Below are positions 7,123-16,646 of a stretch of 24,000 nt of DNA, one piece after another. Positions within the stretch are counted from its first letter, which is position 1. The number at the start of each line of letters is the position of its first letter. Below the pieces are notes generated by a model. That model worked only from the letters and a program-made list of their open reading frames with translations. It was not told the DNA's origin and searched no databases. The position numbers and the translations under genes were made by a program. Source of the stretch: Klebsiella phage pKP-BM327-1.2. The stretch lies in the sequence record OP413827.1; one strand, 5' to 3'.

Positions 7123-8175
7123 ATGGCAACGACTCTGACAACTCCGCTCGACATTTCCAAAGCTGCTACTACCGTAGCCCACATCATGAAGCAAGGTCTT
7201 GTGCCTATGCTGTATGGTGCTCCTGGCTTCGGTAAATCTTCTATTGCGCAGGAAGTAGCTGATACCTACAACCTGCTGCTGATCGACCTTCGTCTGGCTG
7301 GTATGGAACCAGTAGACATGAATGGCGTACTGGGCTTCAACGAAGACAAAACCAAGGGTAAATATATCCCTCTGGACGAAATACCGCTGGAAGGGGATAT
7401 GATCCCAGTTAACCCTAAAACTGGCAAGCAGTATGCTGGTTTCCTGGTACTGCTGGACGAGTTAACCTCTGCTGCTGATGATACCAAAGCTGCAAGCTAC
7501 AAGTTCATTCTGGATAAGAAAGTAGGCCAGAAACACGTACACAAACGTATGTGGATCATGGCTGCTGGTAACCGTGAAGACGATGGTGCAATTGCATCCT
7601 CTCTGGGTACTGCTCTGGGTTCTCGTGTGGTCAACCTGACTATCAAAGAAAACCTGAAGTACTGGCTGAAACTGTTCACTGCAACTCTGGATCCTCGTAT
7701 TGTGGCATTCCTCAACTACGAGCCAGATGCATTCAACAAATTCAACCCGGATGCCAACGAGTATACCCATGCCTGTGCTCGTACCTGGTCTATGCTGTCC
7801 AAGCTCATCACCCCGCTGGAATCTCTTGAAGGTTGGGAACCAATGATCGATGGCACCGTAGGTGTGGCTACTGGACGTAGCTTCCGTACCTTTGTTACCT
7901 ACTTCTCCAAAGTAGTAACTATGGAACAGATCCTCAAAGATCCTGAAGGTGCTCGCATCCCTACTAACGAACCATCCTGGATGTATGCACTGACTGGTGT
8001 ACTGGCTCGTGGTGTAGCTGAAGATAACATTGCTAAAGCAATGACCTTCATTGAGCGTATGCCTCCGTCTTACCAGGTAATCTCAATGCGTAGCATCATT
8101 GCACGTAACCCTAAACTCGGCGGCAACGTCGAAGTAAGTGCATGGTGTGAGCGTCACGCTGACGAACTTTTCTAA
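7123..8175 (+). CDS. MoxR-like AAA+ ATPase, N4 gp24-like
   Basis: Walker A GAPGFGKSS, Walker B-like LVLLDELTSA, ...IMAAGNREDDG sensor region, followed by a VWA partner gene. Confidence 0.85.
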   Translation: MATTLTTPLDISKAATTVAHIMKQGLVPMLYGAPGFGKSSIAQEVADTYNLLLIDLRLAGMEPVDMNGVLGFNEDKTKGKYIPLDEIPLEGDMIPVNPKTGKQYAGFLVLLDELTSAADDTKAASYKFILDKKVGQKHVHKRMWIMAAGNREDDGAIASSLGTALGSRVVNLTIKENLKYWLKLFTATLDPRIVAFLNYEPDAFNKFNPDANEYTHACARTWSMLSKLITPLESLEGWEPMIDGTVGVATGRSFRTFVTYFSKVVTMEQILKDPEGARIPTNEPSWMYALTGVLARGVAEDNIAKAMTFIERMPPSYQVISMRSIIARNPKLGGNVEVSAWCERHADELF

Positions 8176-8184
8176 GGAATTACA

Positions 8185-9366
8185 ATGTCACCACTTGAGA
8201 AGATCCTCGACAAAGCCTTTACTACTCTGGCTTTGGATGAGAAGTATGTGTTCTGGGCTTCAATGATCCTCAGATTAAAACATAAGGAAGTGCCCGCTGG
8301 GCACCCTTGTGATTCTGCTTACACGGATTCTTTAGTCGTGTATTACAACCAGAAATTCATGGAAATGCTCAAACCTGCTGAACACCCTTTTGTGGTGGCT
8401 CATGAAGTTGGGCATATTGTGCATGAACACTGCACAACTTTCCCTGTAGATCTGGATGAAGATCTGTGGAACCAGGCTGGTGACTATGTAATCAACCTGG
8501 AACTGAAAAAGTCTGGAATGCCAATGCCTACAACTATTAAGGTATTGGTAGACTCCCGCTTTGATGGCATGACCACCATGCAGGTATACCGGATTCTTCA
8601 GCAGGAAGAGTCTAAGAAACCAGGAACTCACAAGGGTAAGAACCCTATGCCTGATTTCAATAGACAGCCCCTGACTCAAGAAGAACAGGAAAGCCAGAAG
8701 CAGCAAATTGATAGCATCTTATTAGGTGCTAACATGGCAGCTGAAATGGCTGAAGCAAACCAGACTGGTAAACAGTTTGGTCGTGGTACTAAGGATATGG
8801 CTCGCCGTATTGAGGATCTCCTGAATCCTCCGATTCCATGGCAGCATTATCTGAAGATCTTCTGTGAGAAGGTCACACGTAAGCCTGGTCGTACCTGGTC
8901 ACGTCTTCGTCGTCGTATGCTGGTACACGATATCACTGCTCCAGAACGTCGTGGTAAGTCCCTGGGACGTATTTCATGGGCTATTGACGTATCTGGTTCC
9001 ATTGGCAAGAAAGAGTTCACCATCTTCTTAGGTGGTGTCTATCAGGTACTGAAACTGTTTAAACCAGATGAGATAAAGCTGTATCAGTTTGATACTGATA
9101 TCAAGGATATCTCCCGGATCTGTACAGTGCGTGATCTGCTCAATGTTAAATTCAGTGGTGGTGGTGGTACTTGTATCGACAGTACCATTGAAGACTTCGC
9201 CCGTGATAAAGCATCACTGGGAATGTTCATCCTGACTGATGGTTATCTCAGCCAGCACAATCTGGAAGATCCTAAACGTCCTGTAATCTGGTTCGTTTAT
9301 GATAACCCGAACTTTGTACCAAAATTTGGCAAAGTAGTTCACTTTACAATGGAAGGGCTTGTATAA
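8185..9366 (+). CDS. putative metallopeptidase-like/VWA-domain protein, N4 gp25-like (DUF2201-type)
   Basis: VVAHEVGHIVHEHC (HExxH) plus ISWAIDVSGSIGKKEF (MIDAS DxSGS). Confidence 0.85.
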   Translation: MSPLEKILDKAFTTLALDEKYVFWASMILRLKHKEVPAGHPCDSAYTDSLVVYYNQKFMEMLKPAEHPFVVAHEVGHIVHEHCTTFPVDLDEDLWNQAGDYVINLELKKSGMPMPTTIKVLVDSRFDGMTTMQVYRILQQEESKKPGTHKGKNPMPDFNRQPLTQEEQESQKQQIDSILLGANMAAEMAEANQTGKQFGRGTKDMARRIEDLLNPPIPWQHYLKIFCEKVTRKPGRTWSRLRRRMLVHDITAPERRGKSLGRISWAIDVSGSIGKKEFTIFLGGVYQVLKLFKPDEIKLYQFDTDIKDISRICTVRDLLNVKFSGGGGTCIDSTIEDFARDKASLGMFILTDGYLSQHNLEDPKRPVIWFVYDNPNFVPKFGKVVHFTMEGLV

Positions 9367-9390
9367 AAGCCCCCTTAACCAGGAGCATTT

Positions 9391-10788
9391 ATGCAGCTAT
9401 CCCAAGGCCAACAGAAAGCCTGTGAGTTCATCACGGACTTTCTTCTTAACAAACATCAACCTCATGACATCATCGTCCCCCGATTTCAGGGGGATGAAGA
9501 TCCTATGGTATTCAACAGCAATCAGGTAATGGTCTTATCTGGTGCTGCTGGTACAGGGAAAACCACCGTCATTAAGTATGTGCTTGACCATCTGGAAAAA
9601 GTGCAGAAGACGATGGAAGCACTGGGGATTAAAGTACAGCGTAACCATCGTACTGAGTTTACAGCTACCACCAATAAGGCTGCTGAAGCCTTCGAACATG
9701 CTATGGGTTGTACTGCAAAAACAATCCATAGCTTGCTTCGTCTTGGCATGGAAGAAGATCCAGTAACCTATAAGGATGTGCTGGTATCCCATAAACCACA
9801 GGAACTACTGTTCGGCACCTATGTCTTCGTGGACGAAGCCAGCTACATCGATATGACCTTGTTAGAGCATATCTATATGAAGCTGGGCAATGGCACCAAA
9901 GTAATCTTCATGGGTGACAAAGCCCAATGTAAGACTGCTGAAGGTGACTTGCCTGTATTCGAAGAAGGGCGCTTCCCTATGGTCGAGTTAACTCAAATCA
10001 TGCGACAAGCTGATGATAACCCTGTACAGGCGTTGTCTAAGCGTTTGCGTCAATGGGTGCTCGAAGGTGGCCCTACACCTCCATGTAATGTGGACGGTAA
10101 AAACATCATCTGGGTAGAGCGTAGTAAGTTCGAAGCAGGGATGATCAGGGATATGTCCCGTGATGAATGGGAATACTCTACCAGTAAATTCCTGGCCTTT
10201 ACCAACAAGCGTGTGAACGAAGTAAACCATAAGATTTATTCTCAGGTTACTGGTTCTCAAACACTCAGGGAAGGTGACTATGCGATCTGTAACAGCTATG
10301 TAGGTGGCATTAAAAATGTCCTCCCTGCTATTGGCACAGACCGTCTCGTTTACCTTACTGGTTTAGAACCAGATAAAGACCTGGGTGAAGCAGGTCACTG
10401 GGTTTATACCGACCGTAACCGTAAAGGCTCCAAAGACTTTAAATCAGGGGAAGTAGTTCGAGCTTATTTCATGCCAAATGACAAAAAGGCTAAAGATAAG
10501 CTGTTGAGACGTTTCTCCAAGAAGCTTCAGGAAATGGTTTTTGCAGAAAACCCTGAAGAGTTCACCAAGATCAAAAATGCTTTGGATAAAGTTAAGAATA
10601 CCTGGATAGATCTACGTCCAGTGTTCGGATGCACTATCCATAAAGCACAAGGTTCCACCTTCCGTCGTGTCTATGTGGACTTGGGTGACCTCAACCGTTG
10701 TCGGGATATTGATCAGTTAAGGCGACTGCTCTACGTAGCCATTTCTCGTGCTCGTTTGCAGGTAGTACTTACCGGAGACATACCATGA
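9391..10788 (+). CDS. SF1 (Dda/RecD-like) DNA helicase
   Basis: VLSGAAGTGKTTV Walker A, FVDEASYID Walker B, QIMRQ, and C-terminal GCTIHKAQGSTF / LLYVAISRAR helicase motifs. Confidence 0.92.
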   Translation: MQLSQGQQKACEFITDFLLNKHQPHDIIVPRFQGDEDPMVFNSNQVMVLSGAAGTGKTTVIKYVLDHLEKVQKTMEALGIKVQRNHRTEFTATTNKAAEAFEHAMGCTAKTIHSLLRLGMEEDPVTYKDVLVSHKPQELLFGTYVFVDEASYIDMTLLEHIYMKLGNGTKVIFMGDKAQCKTAEGDLPVFEEGRFPMVELTQIMRQADDNPVQALSKRLRQWVLEGGPTPPCNVDGKNIIWVERSKFEAGMIRDMSRDEWEYSTSKFLAFTNKRVNEVNHKIYSQVTGSQTLREGDYAICNSYVGGIKNVLPAIGTDRLVYLTGLEPDKDLGEAGHWVYTDRNRKGSKDFKSGEVVRAYFMPNDKKAKDKLLRRFSKKLQEMVFAENPEEFTKIKNALDKVKNTWIDLRPVFGCTIHKAQGSTFRRVYVDLGDLNRCRDIDQLRRLLYVAISRARLQVVLTGDIP

Positions 10789-11306
10789 TAATTAAGACCA
10801 CTGAAATGGATCTTTTTTGTCGGTGTTTCAAACAGGCTATGTTTGATAAAGCTAAAAAAGACTTTAAAGTTTGGGTGTTTGAGGAAATAGTACCTAAGCA
10901 CAAAGCTTTAACAGGCTCTGTGTATTTCACGAGAAACGGGGAGCATTATCCAACTTACATACTGGACGATGCACCTGTAATTCAACTACACCCTTCGTTA
11001 TGTGAAGCCTTTGACGAACGTTATGACCAGTTACGTCAAATGGAAGAACTTGAGGGTAATTACTACGAATACCTTCTGAGGGATCTTGTAGCTAATAGTG
11101 GCAGTCTATCTGACTTTTATGTCCTTCTGCCTGAAGCTATGCATGAAACTATCAGGTCAATAGGGTTAAAAGCTCATGATGAACCCACTTCGGTATCTTC
11201 AGAGCAAATCGTAGAATTCCGTAAAGAACATGCAAAAGCAATCTCAATGTTTAAACGTCGTAAAACGATGGAAAGTATTGGGATTAATAAAGGATCAATC
11301 ATATGA
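10785..11306 (+). CDS. hypothetical protein
   Basis: 173-aa ORF with overlapping start and stop. Confidence 0.75.
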   Translation: MIIKTTEMDLFCRCFKQAMFDKAKKDFKVWVFEEIVPKHKALTGSVYFTRNGEHYPTYILDDAPVIQLHPSLCEAFDERYDQLRQMEELEGNYYEYLLRDLVANSGSLSDFYVLLPEAMHETIRSIGLKAHDEPTSVSSEQIVEFRKEHAKAISMFKRRKTMESIGINKGSII

Positions 11307-11692
11307 AACCAGTAGTTAAAGATGTTATGCATGACCTCCGTAAGCTGCTGCCAGTAGCTGAACAGGCATTGAGTACTCAAACTATGAAACTGGATGAGCG
11401 TGTTACAGCTATCAGTCAATGGCGTGAACTCACCTCGCCAGCAATGATCATAGTCTTGCTGGATCGCATTGACCAGTTGGAAAAGCTCTGGCTTGAACCA
11501 ACCGAACAGATGGTCAATGCTGGTCTGGCTGAAATTCAAACCTGGTTAGATAACCTGAACGAGCTTCGCATTAACCAAGAAGGTAGCAATGGTTATATTG
11601 ACCCGGAATTGGTAACTGACGAAGAAGCCTCTGACGCTGCTGTGTTCACTCTGCAAGCTATGGCAGGTAAGCTGCCTAAAGAGCCTGACTAA
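11303..11692 (+). CDS. hypothetical protein
   Basis: 129-aa ORF, ATGA overlap with upstream gene. Confidence 0.75.
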   Translation: MKPVVKDVMHDLRKLLPVAEQALSTQTMKLDERVTAISQWRELTSPAMIIVLLDRIDQLEKLWLEPTEQMVNAGLAEIQTWLDNLNELRINQEGSNGYIDPELVTDEEASDAAVFTLQAMAGKLPKEPD

Positions 11693-12060
11693 TGGCCTCA
11701 TCAATCAAGAGGCCATGGACTAAAGAAGAAAAAAGCTTCCTGATTGATAATTACCTACGTGGTATGCCCATTAAAAGACTTGCTGTCTGTTTGGGGAGAT
11801 CTGTTAACTCAATAGACTCTGCAATCAGGGTGCTTGGACTTTCTGAATTGCGTAAAGAGATCAGAGATGAAACCAGGATTAAAATACTGGATTATCTCTT
11901 TGATCACACGCTGGAACAGGCCGAAGCTCACTTTAATATCTCCCATCGTCTTGCCAGACGTATAGCTGATAGCTATCCGGGAGGACTCAAAAACCTACGT
12001 TTTGAAAGGAAAAGAAATGCCGCTCTCGAAGCAACAAGTCGTCTTCCTCAAGATGGCTAA
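11692..12060 (+). CDS. HTH DNA-binding protein (Myb/GcrA-like N-terminus)
   Basis: RPWTKEEKSFLIDNYLRGMPIKRLAVCLGRSVNSIDSAIRVLGL, followed by a second HTH-like segment EQAEAHFNISHRLARRIADSYP. Confidence 0.75.
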   Translation: MASSIKRPWTKEEKSFLIDNYLRGMPIKRLAVCLGRSVNSIDSAIRVLGLSELRKEIRDETRIKILDYLFDHTLEQAEAHFNISHRLARRIADSYPGGLKNLRFERKRNAALEATSRLPQDG

Positions 12061-12196
12061 GTCAGGTACTGCCCCTCGTTCTAATAAAAACCGTACAGGG
12101 ACTACTTTAGCTAAAGCTGGCCTTATCAAGTTTAATCAAATGTATGGCTGGCACCTTACCCCACAAGGTATTGAAGCCTTAAATCAAACTGCCTAA
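12017..12196 (+). CDS. small winged-helix-like hypothetical protein
   Basis: GAAAGGAAAAGAA before ATG 12017; ...TLAKAGLIKFNQMYGWHLTPQGIEAL. Confidence 0.7.
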   Translation: MPLSKQQVVFLKMAKSGTAPRSNKNRTGTTLAKAGLIKFNQMYGWHLTPQGIEALNQTA

Positions 12197-12201
12197 CAAA
12201 T

Positions 12202-12225
12202 AAGCCAGATTTATTCTGGCTTTTT
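12202..12225 (+). terminator. rho-independent terminator
   Basis: AAGCCAGA-TTTAT-TCTGGCTT followed by TTT. Confidence 0.88.
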
Positions 12226-12266
12226 CTTATTAAAAGTCTTAGTAAATCTTACTTGAGGATATTCAA

Positions 12267-14744
12267 ATGCAAGTTGCGGATATGCAAAACAAATCAACCT
12301 CTGCCTCTCTGGGTGCTGGGGAAACTCTCGCTGTATCCATGGTAGAGGATGCTGCATTTCTGATGATGTTGTCATCTAACCTGTATTCAAACCAGCTTCT
12401 CGCAGCTATTCGTGAGCCACTGTGCAACGGATGGGATGCTAACATCGAAGCTGGTACTACCGATCAACCCCTGAAGATCTCCATCACTACTGATGGTGAA
12501 CTGATCATTCAGGATAGCGGTCTGGGTATTCCCCCGGAGAAGATCGCCCAAATCTATGGCACCTACGGTGCTTCCACCAAGCGTAACGACAGTAAGACTA
12601 CTGGTGGCTTTGGTCTGGGCAGTAAAGCTCCATGGGCACTTGTGGATGCCTTCCGTGTGACTTCTGAGCACAATGGAACGAAGACAGTCTATAACATGGC
12701 CCGTTCAGTAGTAGAGAACCAAGGCAAACCAGGTATTACACCTATGGTTAGCGTTCCTACCACTCGCTCTGGTTTAACTGTCAGCTTCCGTTTGACTCTG
12801 GAACAAGCACAGACTGCTCGCACCTATCTGAAGTTTCTGGTTATGCATGGTGAAATGAATGCAGAACTCAGCTGGATGGGTGGCGAATTTGAGCCTATGG
12901 CTAAACTGGGTATGTCTCAGGAACCTGGTTCATGGAACACAGATGATGAGGTTTGGTACAACAAGTACATGGGTAACCACAGAATCTTTGTGCGTTATGG
13001 TGCTGTCATCTACCCAATGCTGTTTACAGAAGCTACCAGCAAAGCCACTGGAATGCTCTCAGAGTTTATGGAAATCGTTGGTATTCAACGCCTGCTGGTT
13101 CAAGCAGCTCCTGATACTCTGGCGTTAACCCCAGCTCGTGAAGCACTCTCCAGCCAGAAACTAACTGAAGATGGTTTGACTGATCTCTGTGTGCAGCTAG
13201 TTGCAAACATGGAAAAGGATATCATTGCCAAGATTCCATCTTCTATTGCTAGTACTTGCAAACGTATGCGTGAAGGTAAATTTTCTAATGGGCAACCTGC
13301 TATTGGTAGTACTGCCAACATTCTGGAGGAAATCCAACCTACTGTAGTCAAACGTTACCTGGGTAGTAACCTGGGATCCTCTATTCGTATGAAGTACTGG
13401 AAAGAACTCAAAGAAGCCGAACATGTTGGCTTCAAAAAGTTATACCAGTTTACTAATCCAGAATGGGTACATGCTAACCAGGCTTTGTGGGACTTACGCA
13501 AAGCTACTACATACGGCAAGCTCAGAACCCGTGAAGCTATCTATGCATTCCTTCGCAAATATACCATTAAACGTATTATGCGAGGTATTGCTGGGGCTGA
13601 TTTTATCTCGGTTAAAAGTTTACGTTTCAGTACCCAAGAAAATACCTGGTGGGGACGTAATGTCTATAGTCATGGCTTTATGCATCGTATCCCGTTCTCT
13701 GGTACTCAGATCGTAACTTACCTTGAAAACCAGGTGGTGTTTCTCACTTCCCGGTTGAAAGGTATTGCTGCGAGTAAGTCTGCATATACCGGGTATGTGC
13801 AAGGGACTTCCAATGCTGCATGGGCACTAAAAGTGGATCCAAGAGCTAAAGCTCCTGATATTGCTGTTGTCACTGCAAGACTGGAAAAGCTTGGGTTTAC
13901 TGTAGTAGACCTAACCCCAGGGGTAGCTTGGGATCCGGCCTACCAAGAAATCCTCGAAGCAAAGGAAAAACGTGAGAGAAAAGCGAAGATTAAAGCTGAA
14001 AAACCTGGCAATAATCTGGGCACTGTCTCTGCTTATCTGAAAAATGGTAACTGGGTTTATAAAGGTGAAATCACTGCCTGTAAAAAGCCAAGCCAGGTAA
14101 ACCAGAATCCTAAGTATTTCATTTCTATTGATGAATTACAGAGAGGTATGCTGGGAAGCTTTGTTCACCTGAAGGATGCTACACCAGAGGACTTGTTCGA
14201 TGGGGTAGTTGTTCGTAATGGTATCGAACGCCGTATGGCTGAAAACCGTGGTGCTATCGATGTAGATGCCTACTTTATACCGCGTGTTAAGCAAGTGGTA
14301 CTAAGCAAAGCATTTGCAAAGTATGTTACCAAAGAACGCCAGAAAGCCTTAGCTACTCAGCATCGTATCTCATCTCAGGATATCAAGCTGTGTACTAAAC
14401 TCGGCATTAAACTGCCTGGTTTGGAGAAGCTACGGTATGATCCTTACTTTGAGCGTATTCTCAGCCTTACTCCATCTACAGTGGCTGTCTATGCTTATAC
14501 TCCAGAAGAGTATGAGAAGCTCAACGCAGATGAAAATTGGGATCCTATCCAAACCATCATGCGGGCTAGACTGGAAGAGTTACCCTTTATCAAGAAATTG
14601 AAAGTGCTGCGTAAAGACCCTATGTTACGTGCCCTTGGGCATGGTGACGGAAGCGTCCTTCAGTGGCTCATTCAATACCCAGAGCGGGCTTCTGCTCTGA
14701 AAACCATCGTTTTAAGTGCACTCAAAAACGGAACTAAATCATGA
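12267..14744 (+). CDS. rIIA: rIIA-like protein (GHKL ATPase domain)
   Basis: REPLCNGWDANIEAG, IQDSGLGIPPEKIAQIYGTYGASTK...GGFGLGSKAPWAL; adjacent to rIIB-like gene. Confidence 0.88.
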   Translation: MQVADMQNKSTSASLGAGETLAVSMVEDAAFLMMLSSNLYSNQLLAAIREPLCNGWDANIEAGTTDQPLKISITTDGELIIQDSGLGIPPEKIAQIYGTYGASTKRNDSKTTGGFGLGSKAPWALVDAFRVTSEHNGTKTVYNMARSVVENQGKPGITPMVSVPTTRSGLTVSFRLTLEQAQTARTYLKFLVMHGEMNAELSWMGGEFEPMAKLGMSQEPGSWNTDDEVWYNKYMGNHRIFVRYGAVIYPMLFTEATSKATGMLSEFMEIVGIQRLLVQAAPDTLALTPAREALSSQKLTEDGLTDLCVQLVANMEKDIIAKIPSSIASTCKRMREGKFSNGQPAIGSTANILEEIQPTVVKRYLGSNLGSSIRMKYWKELKEAEHVGFKKLYQFTNPEWVHANQALWDLRKATTYGKLRTREAIYAFLRKYTIKRIMRGIAGADFISVKSLRFSTQENTWWGRNVYSHGFMHRIPFSGTQIVTYLENQVVFLTSRLKGIAASKSAYTGYVQGTSNAAWALKVDPRAKAPDIAVVTARLEKLGFTVVDLTPGVAWDPAYQEILEAKEKRERKAKIKAEKPGNNLGTVSAYLKNGNWVYKGEITACKKPSQVNQNPKYFISIDELQRGMLGSFVHLKDATPEDLFDGVVVRNGIERRMAENRGAIDVDAYFIPRVKQVVLSKAFAKYVTKERQKALATQHRISSQDIKLCTKLGIKLPGLEKLRYDPYFERILSLTPSTVAVYAYTPEEYEKLNADENWDPIQTIMRARLEELPFIKKLKVLRKDPMLRALGHGDGSVLQWLIQYPERASALKTIVLSALKNGTKS

Positions 14745-16594
14745 AAAAACTAGTGACCATCGTAGGAATCTCTGTCGATGCTCAGAATGCTGTCCTCTAT
14801 TTAGAGGATGGCAGTACTGTGACCATTGCTCAGGGTGATCCTCGTTTGCCGATCATCGTCGAAACAGCTAAAAAGTACATCCCTGTGGATGGCTCTGCGG
14901 TTGTAGACATTGCAGAACCTGTCAAGGTACGCAATGAGTTTAAAGAAACTGAAGAAGGCACCGGAGGACTTATCAAATTCTTCCGTGTTGCCAAAAGTTT
15001 CATCAAAAAGTTCATCGACACTGAATCCCCTGAAAAGGTGGATGAAAGTGTTGCTCACATCTCTCCACTGGAACTGGGCATTAAACCAGGCCAGACCATT
15101 CTGGATGTAGAAGAAGCTGATGACCTTACCTACGCTCTGGAAGCTCAACCTGCGGCAGTAGAAGCAGTAGTTGAAGCTCCTGTGGCTGAGGTAACCAAAC
15201 CAGTAGAACTCACCAACGATCAGAAAATCGAACTGGCTACAGCCCGTATGCGTGAGCTTGCAGGTAAAGGCAGTACTGTTGATGATCCTGATTTCCACAA
15301 ACCAATCACGGATGAAGATCCTGATACGATTGTGGCAGTTAACACCCAGACGGGTAGTGTCATTCCTCATGCTCACAAGCTGTCATCTCAGATGAAAGCA
15401 GCAAGTAAGCTGAAGGATTTCAGTGGCTTCATGAATTTCATTAATCGTCTGGAGCCTGTCCTGAAAGATCGTGGACACTCTGCTGAAGACCTGATGAAGT
15501 TCATCGAATATGGTGATCTTCCTATTGCAGATGATGGCTGTATCGTTATCTACAAACGTCTGAAGCAGAAAGGCAATACTTTTGTCGATGTACACTCAGG
15601 CAATATCAAGCAGAACGTAGGTTCCTACGTGTTTATGCGTCCGGGCCTGGTAGACCCTAACCGTCGTCAGGACTGCTCTAACGGCCTGCACGTAGCCTCT
15701 CTGGGCTATCTCAGCAGCTTCTCTGGCAACGTTACTGTGATGGCTAAAGTGCGTCCTGAAGACGTGTTTGCTGTACCAGAATACAGCCACACTAAAATGC
15801 GTGTGTGTGGTTATCACATCCTTGCTGTACTGCCTGAATCGCTGCGTAACCACGTTAACAGTGGTGGATCTATCTCTTCTATTCCAGAAGGTAAAGAACT
15901 GCTGAACAAAGTTCTGCGTGGTGCTCATGTGGGTATCACTGAACTGGTTGAAGTGGGTGGTCACAATGGCAGTAACGTGACTTACACCAAGGTCGAAAAT
16001 ACTGAAGCAGCGAAAGCTGAAGAAGTAAAAGTAGATCTGGTTAAGGAAACACTGGAACAGTCTGATCTGTCAGAAGCAGCCCCTACTGAAAAAGCAGCAC
16101 CAGTACTGGCTGCTGATCTGAAAGAGCCTGCTCCAGTTGTTGCCCCTGAGATTAAAAAGTCCAAACTTGATGTGCTGTTTGAATCTTTTGAATCTGCATA
16201 TGTCGAAGGGGATCTGGCTAAAGCACGAACTCTGGCTAACAACATTGTTGAGAGTAAGAAACGTGCTAAGAAAGGTTGGGATAAGCTGGGCTTTAACCAG
16301 GGAGATGTTGATCTGTTAATGGAAATCATCAACGGAGCAGCACCAACTAAACCAGAAGTAGCGGCTGTTGCTGAAACTCCAAAAGCTAACCCAGAAGGTA
16401 AAGCCATGACAGTCAAAGAGCAGGCACAAGAGCTGTATCGTGTCTTCAAAGAGACTAAAGCCAAAGGTAACCGTGCTGACACCAAAGATGCAGCAGGGGA
16501 ACTTCAGTTCTTCATGTCCTCTCGTAAGAAAGGGCCGAAAGCATTCGGACTTGATCCGAAAGTCAGTGATGAACTGAAAACCTGGCTTAAGTAG
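14741..16594 (+). CDS. rIIB: rIIB-like protein with long low-complexity insertions
   Basis: MKKLVTIVG...N-terminus, FMNFINRL..., LPIADDGCIVIYKRL..., CSNGLHVASLGYLSSFSG; directly after rIIA-like gene. Confidence 0.85.
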   Translation: MKKLVTIVGISVDAQNAVLYLEDGSTVTIAQGDPRLPIIVETAKKYIPVDGSAVVDIAEPVKVRNEFKETEEGTGGLIKFFRVAKSFIKKFIDTESPEKVDESVAHISPLELGIKPGQTILDVEEADDLTYALEAQPAAVEAVVEAPVAEVTKPVELTNDQKIELATARMRELAGKGSTVDDPDFHKPITDEDPDTIVAVNTQTGSVIPHAHKLSSQMKAASKLKDFSGFMNFINRLEPVLKDRGHSAEDLMKFIEYGDLPIADDGCIVIYKRLKQKGNTFVDVHSGNIKQNVGSYVFMRPGLVDPNRRQDCSNGLHVASLGYLSSFSGNVTVMAKVRPEDVFAVPEYSHTKMRVCGYHILAVLPESLRNHVNSGGSISSIPEGKELLNKVLRGAHVGITELVEVGGHNGSNVTYTKVENTEAAKAEEVKVDLVKETLEQSDLSEAAPTEKAAPVLAADLKEPAPVVAPEIKKSKLDVLFESFESAYVEGDLAKARTLANNIVESKKRAKKGWDKLGFNQGDVDLLMEIINGAAPTKPEVAAVAETPKANPEGKAMTVKEQAQELYRVFKETKAKGNRADTKDAAGELQFFMSSRKKGPKAFGLDPKVSDELKTWLK

Positions 16595-16598
16595 TACC

Positions 16599-16620
16599 GA
16601 GGGGCTTCGGCCCCTTTTCT
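16599..16620 (+). terminator. rho-independent terminator
   Basis: AGGGGC-TTCG-GCCCCT followed by TTTCTTT. Confidence 0.88.
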
Positions 16621-16646
16621 TTCGTATGCCACTAGAGAGGTAGGCT

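Noticed and set aside
12267-14744. Possible Hsp90/MutL/topoisomerase identity for the GHKL ATPase
   Set aside because: The immediate downstream rIIB-like partner and the overall length fit rIIA-like better.
14801-15376. 191-aa antisense ORF (also 15982-16485 and 15596-15964)
   Set aside because: Mirror frames of the rIIB-like gene with low-complexity Ser/Ala-rich translations; no independent support.
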